Below, in pieces: positions 19,189 through 28,972 of a stretch of DNA of 64,000 nt (position 1 is the first letter of the stretch; every line of letters starts with the position of its first letter). The position numbers and the translations under genes are program-made. Below the pieces are notes generated by a model, which did no database searches, was not told the DNA's origin, and worked only from the letters and a program-made list of their open reading frames with translations. Origin of the DNA: an uncultured Nitrospiraceae bacterium (GTDB lineage: Bacteria; Nitrospirota; Nitrospiria; Nitrospirales; Nitrospiraceae); assembly GCA_963846575.1 (NCBI GenBank), contig CAWJWJ010000002.1, positions 1,120,001-1,184,000 on the forward strand, given 5' to 3'.

Positions 19189-20361
19189 TCAGTCACCCGA
19201 TCCGATGTGCTCCTTGAGGAGCACGTTTTTGAGATCGAAGACGCCGTCAACGACGACCTGGTCTCCGACCGAGAGCCCCTGCCGGATCTCCGCCCACCCG
19301 CCGCCCTCACGCCCCGCCTCTACCGGTACGAAGGCATATCCGTCAGCCCTGGCGACGAAGACGCCCCTGGTCCGGTCCACGGTCGTGAGCGCGGACAGCG
19401 GGATCGCGAGCAGGGGCGGGCTGGCGTGGATGAGCGCCACCTCGACGTATTCATGTGGCTTCAGGTGTCCCCCCGGATTGGCGACTTCAAACCGCACGCG
19501 GATGGTGCGGGTGGTTTCATCGGCCATCGGTGCGATGTAGGTCAGGGGAGCGGTCATGGGATCACCTCCCTTGGGCGTGATTGTTCCCGTATCCCCCTCC
19601 TTGAAGTTTCGAGCCTGCTCGATCGGCAGGCTCGCGAACACCCAGACCCGGCTGGTATCGACGACCTCGAAGAGTTCGTCTCCCGGCGCGACGCCCTGTC
19701 CGCGCACGGCGTTCTGAGTGACCAGCCTGCCTGCGATCGGCGCGGTCAGCGTATATTGATGGCCCTTGTCATGCCGTCCCTGCTCGATCTGCTTGAGTTC
19801 GACGGTCGGAATCCCCATGTTCAGGAGTTTCTCGCGGACATGTTGGAAGCGCGCCTGGGTTTCGAGATACCGGCCTTTGGCATCGATCAGTTTCTGTTCC
19901 GTGACGATGTCGTCGGCACGGAGTTTTTCCGTCCGGCGGAAGCTGTTTTCAGCGACATCGGCCTGGGCCTTGCCGACCAGGTACTCTTCGATCAACTGAT
20001 CGAGTTGGAGGCTGCTGATCGCGACGAGTGGCTGGCCGCGCGTGACCCGATCCCCCAGTTGCACATGCATCTGTTCCACCTGGCCGGCGATGCGGGAGGT
20101 GATCTTGGCGACCTGTGCAAGATCAAGCGCGACTTCGCCGGGCGCGGCGATTCGTTCCGGGATCGATCGCAGGGAGGCGCTCTGAACCTGCAGCCGGTCG
20201 CGGACGGCCGCAGACGGATGGATCGACGCAACCTCGCGCGCCGCCGGTTGGGTTTCCATGGACGGCGTCGGTTTGGGCGGTTCGGCGCCCTGATCGCGAC
20301 AGCCGGGCAGCAGCAGCGCGGTAACGACGAGAGGAACCATCAGCCGCGCGGGAGGGTTCAT
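19189..20361 (-). CDS. czcB: RND periplasmic adaptor (CzcB-like)
   Basis: Lipobox LPGC, lipoyl half motifs GDRVTRGQPL / LTAPIAG, TRTIRVR. Confidence 0.88.
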   Translation of the reverse strand: MNPPARLMVPLVVTALLLPGCRDQGAEPPKPTPSMETQPAAREVASIHPSAAVRDRLQVQSASLRSIPERIAAPGEVALDLAQVAKITSRIAGQVEQMHVQLGDRVTRGQPLVAISSLQLDQLIEEYLVGKAQADVAENSFRRTEKLRADDIVTEQKLIDAKGRYLETQARFQHVREKLLNMGIPTVELKQIEQGRHDKGHQYTLTAPIAGRLVTQNAVRGQGVAPGDELFEVVDTSRVWVFASLPIEQARNFKEGDTGTITPKGGDPMTAPLTYIAPMADETTRTIRVRFEVANPGGHLKPHEYVEVALIHASPPLLAIPLSALTTVDRTRGVFVARADGYAFVPVEAGREGGGWAEIRQGLSVGDQVVVDGVFDLKNVLLKEHIGSGD

Positions 20362-21614
20362 AACGAGACCCCCAGCGAGCGTTCCAACCGGGCGAGGGCG
20401 ATCGACAGATCGGCCCGTGCCTGGACATATTCCAGTAAGGTCTGCCGGAAGACCCGCTGTGCATCCAGCACATCGAGCAGACTCGCCGCGCCATGCCGGA
20501 AGCTGGTGCGGGCCACGGTCACGGTCTGTTCGGCCTGCTTCAGCAATCCGGTTTCGAAGACCTGCAGTTGATCCTCCGCCGTGCGCACGTCCTGCGCATA
20601 TTGGGTGATGGCCTGCTCCAGTTCGGTCTGCGCCCGTCGGCGCTCCGCGTCGGCGCGGAGTTTCGCCCCGAGTGCCGTCTGGATTTCTCCCTGCCGCCGA
20701 TACCAGAGCGGCAGCGGCACGCTGAGCCCCGCAACGACCGATTCATCTCCCGCCTCCCGGTGATAACTCCCGATGAGGCTGATGTTCGGCACCCGCGCTT
20801 CCCGTTCGAAGCGCAGGGTATGTTCGGCCTGTTCCGCCAGTTTGCTTTGGCGCCGGACGGCCGGGTGTTGCTCCAGGACCTGGGTGAGCGTCGCGTCCAC
20901 GCTCACGACCGTTGTGGGAGTGTGGAAGTCGCCTTGAATGGCAAACTGCTTGCCGAGTGAGCCGGCGGTGAGCGCGTTCAGGCGGCCCTTCGCAACCACC
21001 AGGCTGTTCGTGGCGCGCGCGACCTCTTTTTGTGCCTTCTGGACTTCGACGGTGGATTTCATGCGGTCGAATGAGGTGGCTTCACCCGCTGCGATCCGGG
21101 CGTTCACGGTCTTTAAAACCTCCTCGACCGCGCTGACGTTTTGCGCCGCCAGTTCCACGTCACGCTGGGCGAAGAGCAGCTGGTAGAAAGCGACCTTCAC
21201 GTCGGCCTGCAACGCCAGGCGCTGATCTTCCACCTCGGCGTTCGCGCCAGCCACGCCGGCATTGGCCGCGTCCTGTCGAGCCTGCCTCTTGCCCGTCCAT
21301 TCCAGTGGTTGTTCGACGATCACGGTGCGTTCGGTGACTCGTACCCCGGTGCTCGGGTCGCGGATGGCTCCTCGTCCGGCGCTGCCTGAGAGCGACGGAT
21401 TCGGGTAGGCGCCTGCGGCAATCTGTTGGCCATGACGCTGTTTCAGCAACCCTTCGGCGCCGGCCAGGGCGGGATTATGCTGAACGGCCAATGCCAGGAT
21501 GTCGGGGAGCGAATCGGCCGCGGCACGTGGTTCATCGGCGAGAGCGGCGGCCTGTTGGCCAAGGCAAACGAGCGTGCCTGCCAGACACAGTGAAGCGAGG
21601 GTACGGGCAATCAT
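20358..21614 (-). CDS. czcC: TolC-family outer membrane efflux protein (CzcC-like)
   Basis: Signal peptide, HNPAL, GAASLLDVLDAQR; AGGAGG RBS before ATG 21614. Confidence 0.88.
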   Translation of the reverse strand: MIARTLASLCLAGTLVCLGQQAAALADEPRAAADSLPDILALAVQHNPALAGAEGLLKQRHGQQIAAGAYPNPSLSGSAGRGAIRDPSTGVRVTERTVIVEQPLEWTGKRQARQDAANAGVAGANAEVEDQRLALQADVKVAFYQLLFAQRDVELAAQNVSAVEEVLKTVNARIAAGEATSFDRMKSTVEVQKAQKEVARATNSLVVAKGRLNALTAGSLGKQFAIQGDFHTPTTVVSVDATLTQVLEQHPAVRRQSKLAEQAEHTLRFEREARVPNISLIGSYHREAGDESVVAGLSVPLPLWYRRQGEIQTALGAKLRADAERRRAQTELEQAITQYAQDVRTAEDQLQVFETGLLKQAEQTVTVARTSFRHGAASLLDVLDAQRVFRQTLLEYVQARADLSIALARLERSLGVSL

Positions 21615-21719
21615 GTGGCACCTCCTCCTTCGCAAACCTCCCGGCCGCAGGAACGACCTGTTGCTGCCGATCAGTGGTTCACGATCCTATGATGGAAAGA
21701 AATTGACCGGGAACGGACG

Positions 21720-22196
21720 TTACCCAAGCGAAGGGGAGGGCGGGGCACGTGCAGGAATCTCGTGAACGACGAGCCCCGGGCACGGGGTCGAGGCGTCTTC
21801 CTCTTCCGTCAGATCCGGACGGGGCGGAGGCGGCAGTCCCAAGTGACTGAGAAAGATGAGATGGATCAGTCCGGGCTTGAAGCACTTACGATCGGGCGAA
21901 TTATGCAGCAGGGAGAAACCAAACTCCGGGTCAGCCGTCAAGGGATGCAGGCTGCCGCTCGACAGCGGGAGCCCGGCGTCCGGATCCATCGTAGCCGGAA
22001 CCTGGTCGTGATGATGGCCGAATTCACCATCGAGATCGGCGGAAAAAACCGTATGCACGGCTGCGGCATGCACATGGACGGCCTGGCCGTGATGCGGATC
22101 GATCTCCGGATGGATGTGGAAAAGAGGGATTGCGATCAGCCACAGGATGGCCCAGGCGCGGAGCAGGGGGTGTCGTTTCAACGTCGGATGGTGCAT
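21720..22196 (-). CDS. His-rich exported/membrane protein heading the efflux operon
   Basis: TM segment then FHIHPEIDPHHGQAVHVH...GHHHD; C-terminal RAPP. Confidence 0.65.
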   Translation of the reverse strand: MHHPTLKRHPLLRAWAILWLIAIPLFHIHPEIDPHHGQAVHVHAAAVHTVFSADLDGEFGHHHDQVPATMDPDAGLPLSSGSLHPLTADPEFGFSLLHNSPDRKCFKPGLIHLIFLSHLGLPPPPRPDLTEEEDASTPCPGLVVHEIPARAPPSPSLG

Positions 22197-22383
22197 GGAT
22201 GCCCGGCCCAGGGTTATCGACGTGACGCTACCACAGGGAGTCGACCACATCAAGAAGCCCCGGGTACAGGGAAGCGCGTCAGATCTGTCTCCTCAGTCGC
22301 GCCCGTCATCTGCGGAACGTGATGGATGAGCGCTTCCATGGTCAGCTCCTCCGGTAGGGCGATGAGGAGGGAATCGGGGGCCT

Positions 22384-22425
22384 AAAAAAGAGCGGGGGAG
22401 AAATAACCGAGGCTACTTCTCCCCC
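22384..22425 (-). terminator. probable intrinsic terminator
   Basis: Stem gggggagaa / ttctccccc with a T tract a few bases downstream on the minus strand, just after 22447..23616. Confidence 0.6.
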
Positions 22426-22446
22426 TGGTCACGAAACAGTCGGGGT

Positions 22447-23616
22447 TTACCGACGGTTGTCCTCCCGGATGGTGCCGTCCATCGCGTTGGTGTGCGGATC
22501 GCGAGGCTGTCCCCGGTTGATGGACTGATTCTCACAGCCCCCGCCGAGGCAGTCGGGGTTGTTGATTCCACTCCCCGTCGTGGAGCCTGCGGTGTCCGCC
22601 CGGCGAGGAATTTGAACAGGCTGACCATCGTTGATCGCAACCTGGTTCGCGAGCAGCACCGGGTAGTTGCCGACTTGAACGACCCGGCCGTCGGCCACGA
22701 TTCGATCACCGGGTGCCGCTTTGCTGACACCAGGCGCGGTCATGTCCTGACCCAAATCAACGATCGCGAAACGTCCATCCGAAGTCTGGACCGCTGCGGT
22801 GCGATGCATTTCCGAACCGCGGTTCGTGCGGACGTCGCGGAATTGCTGAATGCGGCCTTCGATCTGCCGGTTGTCGGCCGACGACGTCCCGGCCATGCGA
22901 TGAAGGTTCGCACGGTTGACGCCCGATTTGACTTGCTCAGCCATCAGGACTGAGTACTGGCCCACCTCTTCCCATTGCCCTCCCACCTGGATCTGGTCCC
23001 CCTTCGCGAGTGCCATGTCCAAGGTACGCCGGTTCGGACCCAGGTCCGTGATGACTGGCCGTCCGTCGGTCGTCTTGATGAGAGCTACCGTGTTTTGGTC
23101 ACCGGTGGTCCGGTTTCGCACTTGTTTGGTTGAGGTCACGGTTCCCCTCACGACATGATCGTTGTGAGCGGTAGAGGAACTGGTCATCCTTGAGGTCCGG
23201 GCATCCGGCATCCCGTAGTTCGGATCCCGCTGATCGTAAAACCACGGTTCGTCATAATATTGTTGAAAGGCGGACATCTGCTCCGTGCGAGTCTGCGAGC
23301 GGTTCATATTCCAGGGATGCGCAGCGTCCGACGACCCTGTGTCATCGCCATAGGACGTGGGTGTTGCATTTCTGTTGTTGGTGCGGCTGGCATCGGGACT
23401 GTCGTAAAAATCGTAATACCAGTTATCGGTTTTATATGGATCCTCGTAAAACCCGCCGGTCAGATCGCTGTTGCGCATGCGTGTTCCGTCACTGGCGGTG
23501 GTGTCGGAACTGCCGATGGTCCGAGGCTGTTCAGCAAAGAGGGTGGTCCCGCCCAGGAGTCCCACTCCCAGGACAGCGGCGAGCAGCGCGGTCTGTGTAT
23601 GTTGTCGTTGTGGCAT
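22447..23616 (-). CDS. exported protein with two OB-fold-like repeats and aromatic/acidic motifs
   Basis: AAGGAGG RBS, signal peptide, repeats TTDGRPVITDLGP / TSDGRFAIVDLGQ. Confidence 0.75.
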   Translation of the reverse strand: MPQRQHTQTALLAAVLGVGLLGGTTLFAEQPRTIGSSDTTASDGTRMRNSDLTGGFYEDPYKTDNWYYDFYDSPDASRTNNRNATPTSYGDDTGSSDAAHPWNMNRSQTRTEQMSAFQQYYDEPWFYDQRDPNYGMPDARTSRMTSSSTAHNDHVVRGTVTSTKQVRNRTTGDQNTVALIKTTDGRPVITDLGPNRRTLDMALAKGDQIQVGGQWEEVGQYSVLMAEQVKSGVNRANLHRMAGTSSADNRQIEGRIQQFRDVRTNRGSEMHRTAAVQTSDGRFAIVDLGQDMTAPGVSKAAPGDRIVADGRVVQVGNYPVLLANQVAINDGQPVQIPRRADTAGSTTGSGINNPDCLGGGCENQSINRGQPRDPHTNAMDGTIREDNRR

Positions 23617-23718
23617 TGGTGCCTCCTTGAATGAGAGAAAGTAGGGAGTTGTTATGCTGATCGTGCAAGCGGGCTCTTAGGTTTCGCGATAACCCTTCCG
23701 GTCCCCACCCCCACTCTT

Positions 23719-23734
23719 AGCAAGACGCGCACCC
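23719..23734 (-). promoter_or_regulatory. sigma-54 -24/-12 promoter candidate
   Basis: GGGTGCGCGTCTTGCT (GG-N10-GC). Confidence 0.6.
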
Positions 23735-23810
23735 TGGGAGCCGCACATGAATCAAGCGGGATATTATGGCGTTCTGCTTCACCTCTGCTTTCATGTTGCC
23801 ATCGTGCAGG

Positions 23811-23840
23811 GACAGCTTGTCTCCGGGCGGACAACCTGTC
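23811..23840. promoter_or_regulatory. tandem GACA-N3-TGTC activator site
   Basis: GACAGCTTGTC + GACAACCTGTC, 19-bp period. Confidence 0.7.
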
Positions 23841-23879
23841 GAGAGGAAGTTCCTGCATGCCTCTGCCCGGGGGCTTTAC

Positions 23880-24224
23880 CTAGTGTCCGACTGCTCCCGT
23901 GACTCCACCGCCACCCGATCCCGGCTCGAAGCGTTTCTCCGGGGATCCGCTTTCACTGCCCGAAGACTTGTCATCCTCATGCTTGGATTTGCGGCCGGTG
24001 ACTTGGTCGTCCGTGCCAGGCGTTCCTGATGGCCCGGGTTTCTTGCCGTTGTCAGGCTGCTTGGTCGCTCCATCGGACGAGCCGGGATGTTTCCGACTGT
24101 CTTCCATCACCCGGGGCGTCGGCCCTTTCTTCGACTCTGCCGCGCCCGATGGTGCGATGGGCAGACCGATGAAGCCACCGACGAGGAACGCGATCGTGAC
24201 GGTCAAACATGTCCTTCCCTTCAT
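23880..24224 (-). CDS. small exported low-complexity Gly/Ser/Lys-rich protein
   Basis: GGAGG RBS, signal peptide, polar tail. Confidence 0.65.
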   Translation of the reverse strand: MKGRTCLTVTIAFLVGGFIGLPIAPSGAAESKKGPTPRVMEDSRKHPGSSDGATKQPDNGKKPGPSGTPGTDDQVTGRKSKHEDDKSSGSESGSPEKRFEPGSGGGGVTGAVGH

Positions 24225-24311
24225 ACTTCCTCCCTGTTGGTTAGATCATCAGATATGCGGCGTTGTAGATCGCGGCGTGACCGCAAGACCACCGGCAGAC
24301 ATACGCTTGAT

Positions 24312-24611
24312 CTAGGGCGTTGGACGGTCGGGGCTCTCCCTGGAGTACCGCAGATGGAAACCGTCGAACGGCCTCTTGAACAGGCTTCGTACCACATAGG
24401 GCATGATCACAAAGGTGCAGAGCAACGTCACCAGCGTAATGGGAACAAACGCCACCCACAGCGGGGGTCCCGAACGCGTGAGTTCGGGGAAGAGGTACAA
24501 CAGCAGTCCATTCATGGCGAAGATGAGCAACATGAAGCTCCCGACGGTGCGCCAGAAGACCGCCCATCCGAGGGACAGCGACTCACGATAGGTCGGTTCG
24601 ACAGAGTGCAT
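24312..24611 (-). CDS. small two-TM membrane protein
   Basis: GGAGG RBS, two hydrophobic helices. Confidence 0.65.
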   Translation of the reverse strand: MHSVEPTYRESLSLGWAVFWRTVGSFMLLIFAMNGLLLYLFPELTRSGPPLWVAFVPITLVTLLCTFVIMPYVVRSLFKRPFDGFHLRYSRESPDRPTP

Positions 24612-24624
24612 GATGAGGTCCTCC

Positions 24625-26043
24625 CTACGGTGGCGGAACGGGGCTTGGCAAGGGCGGGGTCGGCCCCGGCAGGGGCGGTTCCGGTCGTGGATCAGGGGGA
24701 CGGGGGACGGGGTCCGTCGGTCCCGGCCCCGGCTTGGGCACCGGCGGGGGATCGGTCACGGTGCCGATAGGGACGGTCAGCCAGCCCGCCAATAGGAGCA
24801 GGAGTATTCCCCGAGCCGCTCGTGCGACGGTTGTATCCGGTTGACTGGTTTGCATAGGCGAGGCCATGGGTTCTGTCCTCTCTTCAGGAATGGCTTGCGG
24901 TGTCTGCTGATGTACAACGCGCCGCGCCTGTGAGACGTCCGCAGGGCGCGAGGCTCTGGCGACTGAGATAGGACTGTCCGCTACCGATGGAACAGGACGA
25001 TAATACAGGTCGAGCCAGGGGGCCATCTGAGCGCTCTTGTGCCGCGTCTGTTCCAGGCGAGCTAGAGCCAGCGAAGTCCATTTCACGAGTCTTTCCTCCC
25101 ATCGGGCCCACGCCGCCGTGTCCTTATTGGCGACCGTCATCAGCGTGTCGGGACGTATGCCCAAAGGAGCAAAACCGTGGCGGGCCATCAACCGGTTCAT
25201 GGTGGGCACCGTATATCCATACAAATAGGGAAAGCCCAGCAGATTGTTCCATGCCAGCGCCGCTGTGACCCATCCCTTCACCGGTTCCACGCATCGATGC
25301 TGCCAGGAGAGGAGCAGGCGGAATGCGGAGCCGTTCGGCACGCGGATGACCAATACGCCGTCCTCCCGCAACATCTGTCTCGCTGCCGCGAGCGTGGAGT
25401 CGGGATTCGGCAGTTGATCGAACGTATTCCAGATCGTCACGGCGTCGGCGGTCCCGGGTGCGACCGGGGCTTCCACGAGCGTGCCGGTAAAGACTTCCAG
25501 TTTCCGGTTCCGGCAGAAGGCAGCCACTTCCTTCCCCGGATCGACTCCCATCATCTTCCAGCCGCGTTCCCGGCCCGCCGCAAGAAAACCGCCGACAAAA
25601 CTGCCGACCTCGACGACAAAGGGCGCACTCGACGCATCCTCCCGCAGCCGGGCATCGAGCGCCTGCGCTTTGGACTGGGCCCATTCATGTTGGAGTGCGA
25701 ACTCCGACCGGAGGTGTTCTTCGCCATAACGGTCCGCGCTATAGGTTTCAGTGATGCTTCCTGCGGGAGGGCGCGGCGAACGACAGACTAATCCGCAGCC
25801 GCGACAGGCCACGATGTTGGTGCTGTACGATTGGGTGAATTCCGCACGGTCCTTCGGGGTCGACTCTTGCGGATGTTTCAAACGGCGGCGGTGAAAGCGG
25901 CGCAGATAGTCAAGCTGTTCGCGTAACTCCAGGGCGGAACAGAGCTCGTCTGCTTCAGATCCGCCACAGATATGACAAAAAAATCTGACGGAGACGACAG
26001 ATGGTTCCACCTTTGGATCCTCTGAAGTGTGAAGCATCGACAT
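24625..26043 (-). CDS. class I SAM methyltransferase with Zn-binding N-terminus, in frame with a TM + Pro-rich tail
   Basis: CHICGG...CRGCGL, VVEVGSFVGGF, GVLVIRVPN; internal RBS+ATG at 24867. Confidence 0.75.
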   Translation of the reverse strand: MSMLHTSEDPKVEPSVVSVRFFCHICGGSEADELCSALELREQLDYLRRFHRRRLKHPQESTPKDRAEFTQSYSTNIVACRGCGLVCRSPRPPAGSITETYSADRYGEEHLRSEFALQHEWAQSKAQALDARLREDASSAPFVVEVGSFVGGFLAAGRERGWKMMGVDPGKEVAAFCRNRKLEVFTGTLVEAPVAPGTADAVTIWNTFDQLPNPDSTLAAARQMLREDGVLVIRVPNGSAFRLLLSWQHRCVEPVKGWVTAALAWNNLLGFPYLYGYTVPTMNRLMARHGFAPLGIRPDTLMTVANKDTAAWARWEERLVKWTSLALARLEQTRHKSAQMAPWLDLYYRPVPSVADSPISVARASRPADVSQARRVVHQQTPQAIPEERTEPMASPMQTSQPDTTVARAARGILLLLLAGWLTVPIGTVTDPPPVPKPGPGPTDPVPRPPDPRPEPPLPGPTPPLPSPVPPP

Positions 26044-26065
26044 CGGTCGATCCTTCCGAAACTCG

Positions 26066-26830
26066 TTATGGCTCCACCACCGACGCATTGTCGGTGAGAA
26101 ACGGGTGATCCGTCAGGGCCTGATAGGCGACGGCCGCCGTGTGAATCGGAGACACCTGCATGAGAAACGGCGTGAACCAGTCCGAGTCCGCCACGTCGAA
26201 CGTGTCCGGGATGACCACCCGCCGGAGATGCTTGAGATAGGCCGCCTGGATTTTCAAGGGGACGGAGGTGACGGGGCCGATCGTCCCGTCCGCGGTAATG
26301 GTCCCGGTCATCGTTCTGTCCAAAGGGATAAAGTCTCCCTTCGCGAGCGCCACCACGGAGAGCCCGACGATGGCCGACAGACTGTCGCCATAGATGGTTC
26401 CGGCCGGTTCATGAACCGAGAGACTCACGGTCCATGAGTCAGTACGTAAACGTGCCGCATGTGCCGCGCGGTCGATAGCTGAGAGAATGGCGATCTCGGT
26501 GCCGGGGCTGAAGGACCCGCGTCCGGTGAGAAAACTCACCACGATGCCGTGGTGATCGGCGCGTCCTTCCCACCCTACGACCAGTTCGCCCACCGCGCCT
26601 TCCCGAGCGCGTTGCGATTCGACTTCCTCCACGATGGTGACACCCAGGAAGCGAATGATCTGCGCGCGTTGAGTTTCTGCCCGAACCGGTTGGGGCAGAA
26701 ATGAGACCAGTGAGAGGAGTGACAGGATGACGGCCAGCCCTAGAACCCACCACCGACTTGGCATCGCGGTTAGATGCTCCTGTTTATGAGATTGTCTGCA
26801 TCCTGCCAGAAGGGACTGCGCGTCCGACAC
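26066..26830 (-). CDS. stand-alone Lon/S16 protease domain with signal peptide
   Basis: GDSLSA and MTGTITADGTIGPVTSVPLKIQAA; Ser and Lys 43 residues apart; GGAGG RBS. Confidence 0.75.
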   Translation of the reverse strand: MSDAQSLLAGCRQSHKQEHLTAMPSRWWVLGLAVILSLLSLVSFLPQPVRAETQRAQIIRFLGVTIVEEVESQRAREGAVGELVVGWEGRADHHGIVVSFLTGRGSFSPGTEIAILSAIDRAAHAARLRTDSWTVSLSVHEPAGTIYGDSLSAIVGLSVVALAKGDFIPLDRTMTGTITADGTIGPVTSVPLKIQAAYLKHLRRVVIPDTFDVADSDWFTPFLMQVSPIHTAAVAYQALTDHPFLTDNASVVEP

Positions 26831-26971
26831 TAGGCACCTCCCTATATTGATAGGCGGCGAGGCCTGGTCCGTGGCCTGGTCTTAACACCGCGGTCGATCC
26901 GGACGCCGGATGGAGCGATCTAGCAGCTGGGAGGAGGGTGTAGGGGCCCGGGCCGGAGGATCAGGAAAGGG

Positions 26972-28825
26972 TCACGCCCGCCGGGTTCGTCGATGGAGGA
27001 TCCCTGCGAGGGCTCTCGGAAGCTCGGCGGATTCGAGTTCCTCGATGGTCGTGGGAAGAGCGAGCGACCAGTTGGGATAGTCTCCGGCCGACGACGGCAG
27101 ATTGGGACGTTCGTTCACTGCGCAGGCGGCCTCCAGTTCCGCGAGCACCACGGCGGAGGGTGCGTTCGACAGCTGTTCGAAGGTCTGCGTGATCGCGAGG
27201 GCGACATCAGCGCGGGGGTCGAGATCGCTCGTCTCCATGATCTTCTGCCTGAACTCATCCTGCGCGGCCTGATTCGGTGTCACCCCATGTGCCCGTTGCA
27301 CGTCGAGGTCCGCCCCGGTCCAGACACCGGCCAGGGTGGGCAAATCATGGGTGGTGACCGCGGCCAGCGCCTTCTCCGGATATTTTGACGGCGGCTGCTC
27401 CTCGAACCAGAGGAGACGGTAGGAGAGCACGTTCTGTTCAGCCAGCATCTCGCGCACGCCTTCTTCCACGGTTCCCAGATCTTCGCCGACCACGATGGCA
27501 TTGGCGCGCTGACTTTCCACGGCCAGGATCGCCAAAAGTTCCTGGGCGGGGTAGCGCACAAAGGCGCCGTCCTTGGGCTGGCAGCCCTGCGGCACCCACC
27601 AGAGTCGGAACAGGCCCATGACATGATCGATACGAATTCCTCCGGCATAACGGAGGATCGATCGAATCGTTTGTCTGAACGGCTCATAACCGGCCGAGCG
27701 GAGTTTATGCGGGATGAAGGGCGGCAGGCCCCAATCCTGGCCGGCCTTGTTATAGAGATCCGGAGGAGCCCCGACGGTCATGTCGGCTGCGATCAGGTCC
27801 TGCCACAACCAGGCGTCGGCTCCGTCCGGCGAAAATCCGATAGGGAGGTCCTGCATGATCGGCACTGAGCCGGCCGCCCGCTTCAATTGTTGATTGAGCA
27901 ACCACTGCAACCACATGTGAAACCGGACCCGCTCCGCCTCGGCGGAGGCGAACGCGGCGATGCCCGGGTGATCGGGGCGGCGATACTCCGAAGGCCACTC
28001 GCGCCAGTTCGCACCATGTTTCTCGGTCAGGCAACAGAAGAGGGCAAACTGCCGGAGGGAGTCGCCTTCCTGCCGTCGATAGAGGTCGAAGTCCGGGTCG
28101 CCATCGAACTGTGCCCAGAGGAGCTGCAGGGCCTCCTGTTTCAGCTGAAACACCCGGTCGCGGTCGATCCGGCGATCTTCGTTGAGGGCCTGTCCGAGGG
28201 CGGCGAGGCGAGTCATGTCCTGCCCGAGTCTCGCCGCTCCCGGGATTTCTTCGATCCGCAAATACAGCGGATTCAAAAAACGCCGGCTCGAAGGCGAGTA
28301 GGGACTGGCTTCCTGCGGCAGCAGCGGTTGAATCGCATGCAGGGGATTGATGAGGAACAGTCCTGCCCCCAGGCTCCCGGCCCAGGTCGTCAATCGGCGG
28401 AGATCGGCAAGATCCCCCATGCCCCAGCTTTCCCGGCTGCGGGTCGCATAGAGTTGCGCACTCCACCCCCAGATCCTCAGGTCGTCGGGCAGATGGCACC
28501 GGCCCGGTGTCACGATGAGGAGCACAGACGCGTCGGGATTTTCGTTGGCTGCGAGTCGGTGATATCCGATCGGCAGATCCTTCGGCAACCGGTTGGCCAC
28601 TTGTGTGGTGCTGCCGTCTTCGAGCGTCAATGTCGATGCCGTCTGGAGCCGCGGCGATTGGCCTTGTCTGATAATCTTGACGCGTTCTTCGCACCAGGAA
28701 GCGGCAGGGGGTGGAGGCGGTCCCATGGACTTCCTGATCCGTGCCTGCGCTTCTTGAGACACCCGGCGCTTCTTCCCGGCGGCATCTTCGTACGTGGTCT
28801 GAATTCCCCACAGGCTGGTCTTCAT
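26972..28825 (-). CDS. malQ: 4-alpha-glucanotransferase (GH77)
   Basis: SPYSPSSRRFLNP, QDLPIG, IRIDHVMGLFRLWW, VGEDLG, TTHDLPT. Confidence 0.93.
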   Translation of the reverse strand: MKTSLWGIQTTYEDAAGKKRRVSQEAQARIRKSMGPPPPPAASWCEERVKIIRQGQSPRLQTASTLTLEDGSTTQVANRLPKDLPIGYHRLAANENPDASVLLIVTPGRCHLPDDLRIWGWSAQLYATRSRESWGMGDLADLRRLTTWAGSLGAGLFLINPLHAIQPLLPQEASPYSPSSRRFLNPLYLRIEEIPGAARLGQDMTRLAALGQALNEDRRIDRDRVFQLKQEALQLLWAQFDGDPDFDLYRRQEGDSLRQFALFCCLTEKHGANWREWPSEYRRPDHPGIAAFASAEAERVRFHMWLQWLLNQQLKRAAGSVPIMQDLPIGFSPDGADAWLWQDLIAADMTVGAPPDLYNKAGQDWGLPPFIPHKLRSAGYEPFRQTIRSILRYAGGIRIDHVMGLFRLWWVPQGCQPKDGAFVRYPAQELLAILAVESQRANAIVVGEDLGTVEEGVREMLAEQNVLSYRLLWFEEQPPSKYPEKALAAVTTHDLPTLAGVWTGADLDVQRAHGVTPNQAAQDEFRQKIMETSDLDPRADVALAITQTFEQLSNAPSAVVLAELEAACAVNERPNLPSSAGDYPNWSLALPTTIEELESAELPRALAGILHRRTRRA

Positions 28826-28972
28826 GTGTCAGATCTCTCCCTATTCCACCGTGGGCAGTCAGGCCGCGCGGCGAGGCAGCGATGCCTCCGCCGGCCTTGG
28901 CGCCTCTGCGTCAAGACCACTGGAGGAGGCACAGCTGCCCGTTCCCCGCTTCGGATCTTTTCTTGAGGACTC

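Noticed and set aside
19180..20571. 463-aa + strand ORF
   Set aside because: Antisense shadow of the RND adaptor gene.
22447..23616. Magnetosome MamS/MamX assignment from the DLGP motif
   Set aside because: Only a short motif resemblance, no CxxCH and no other mam genes.
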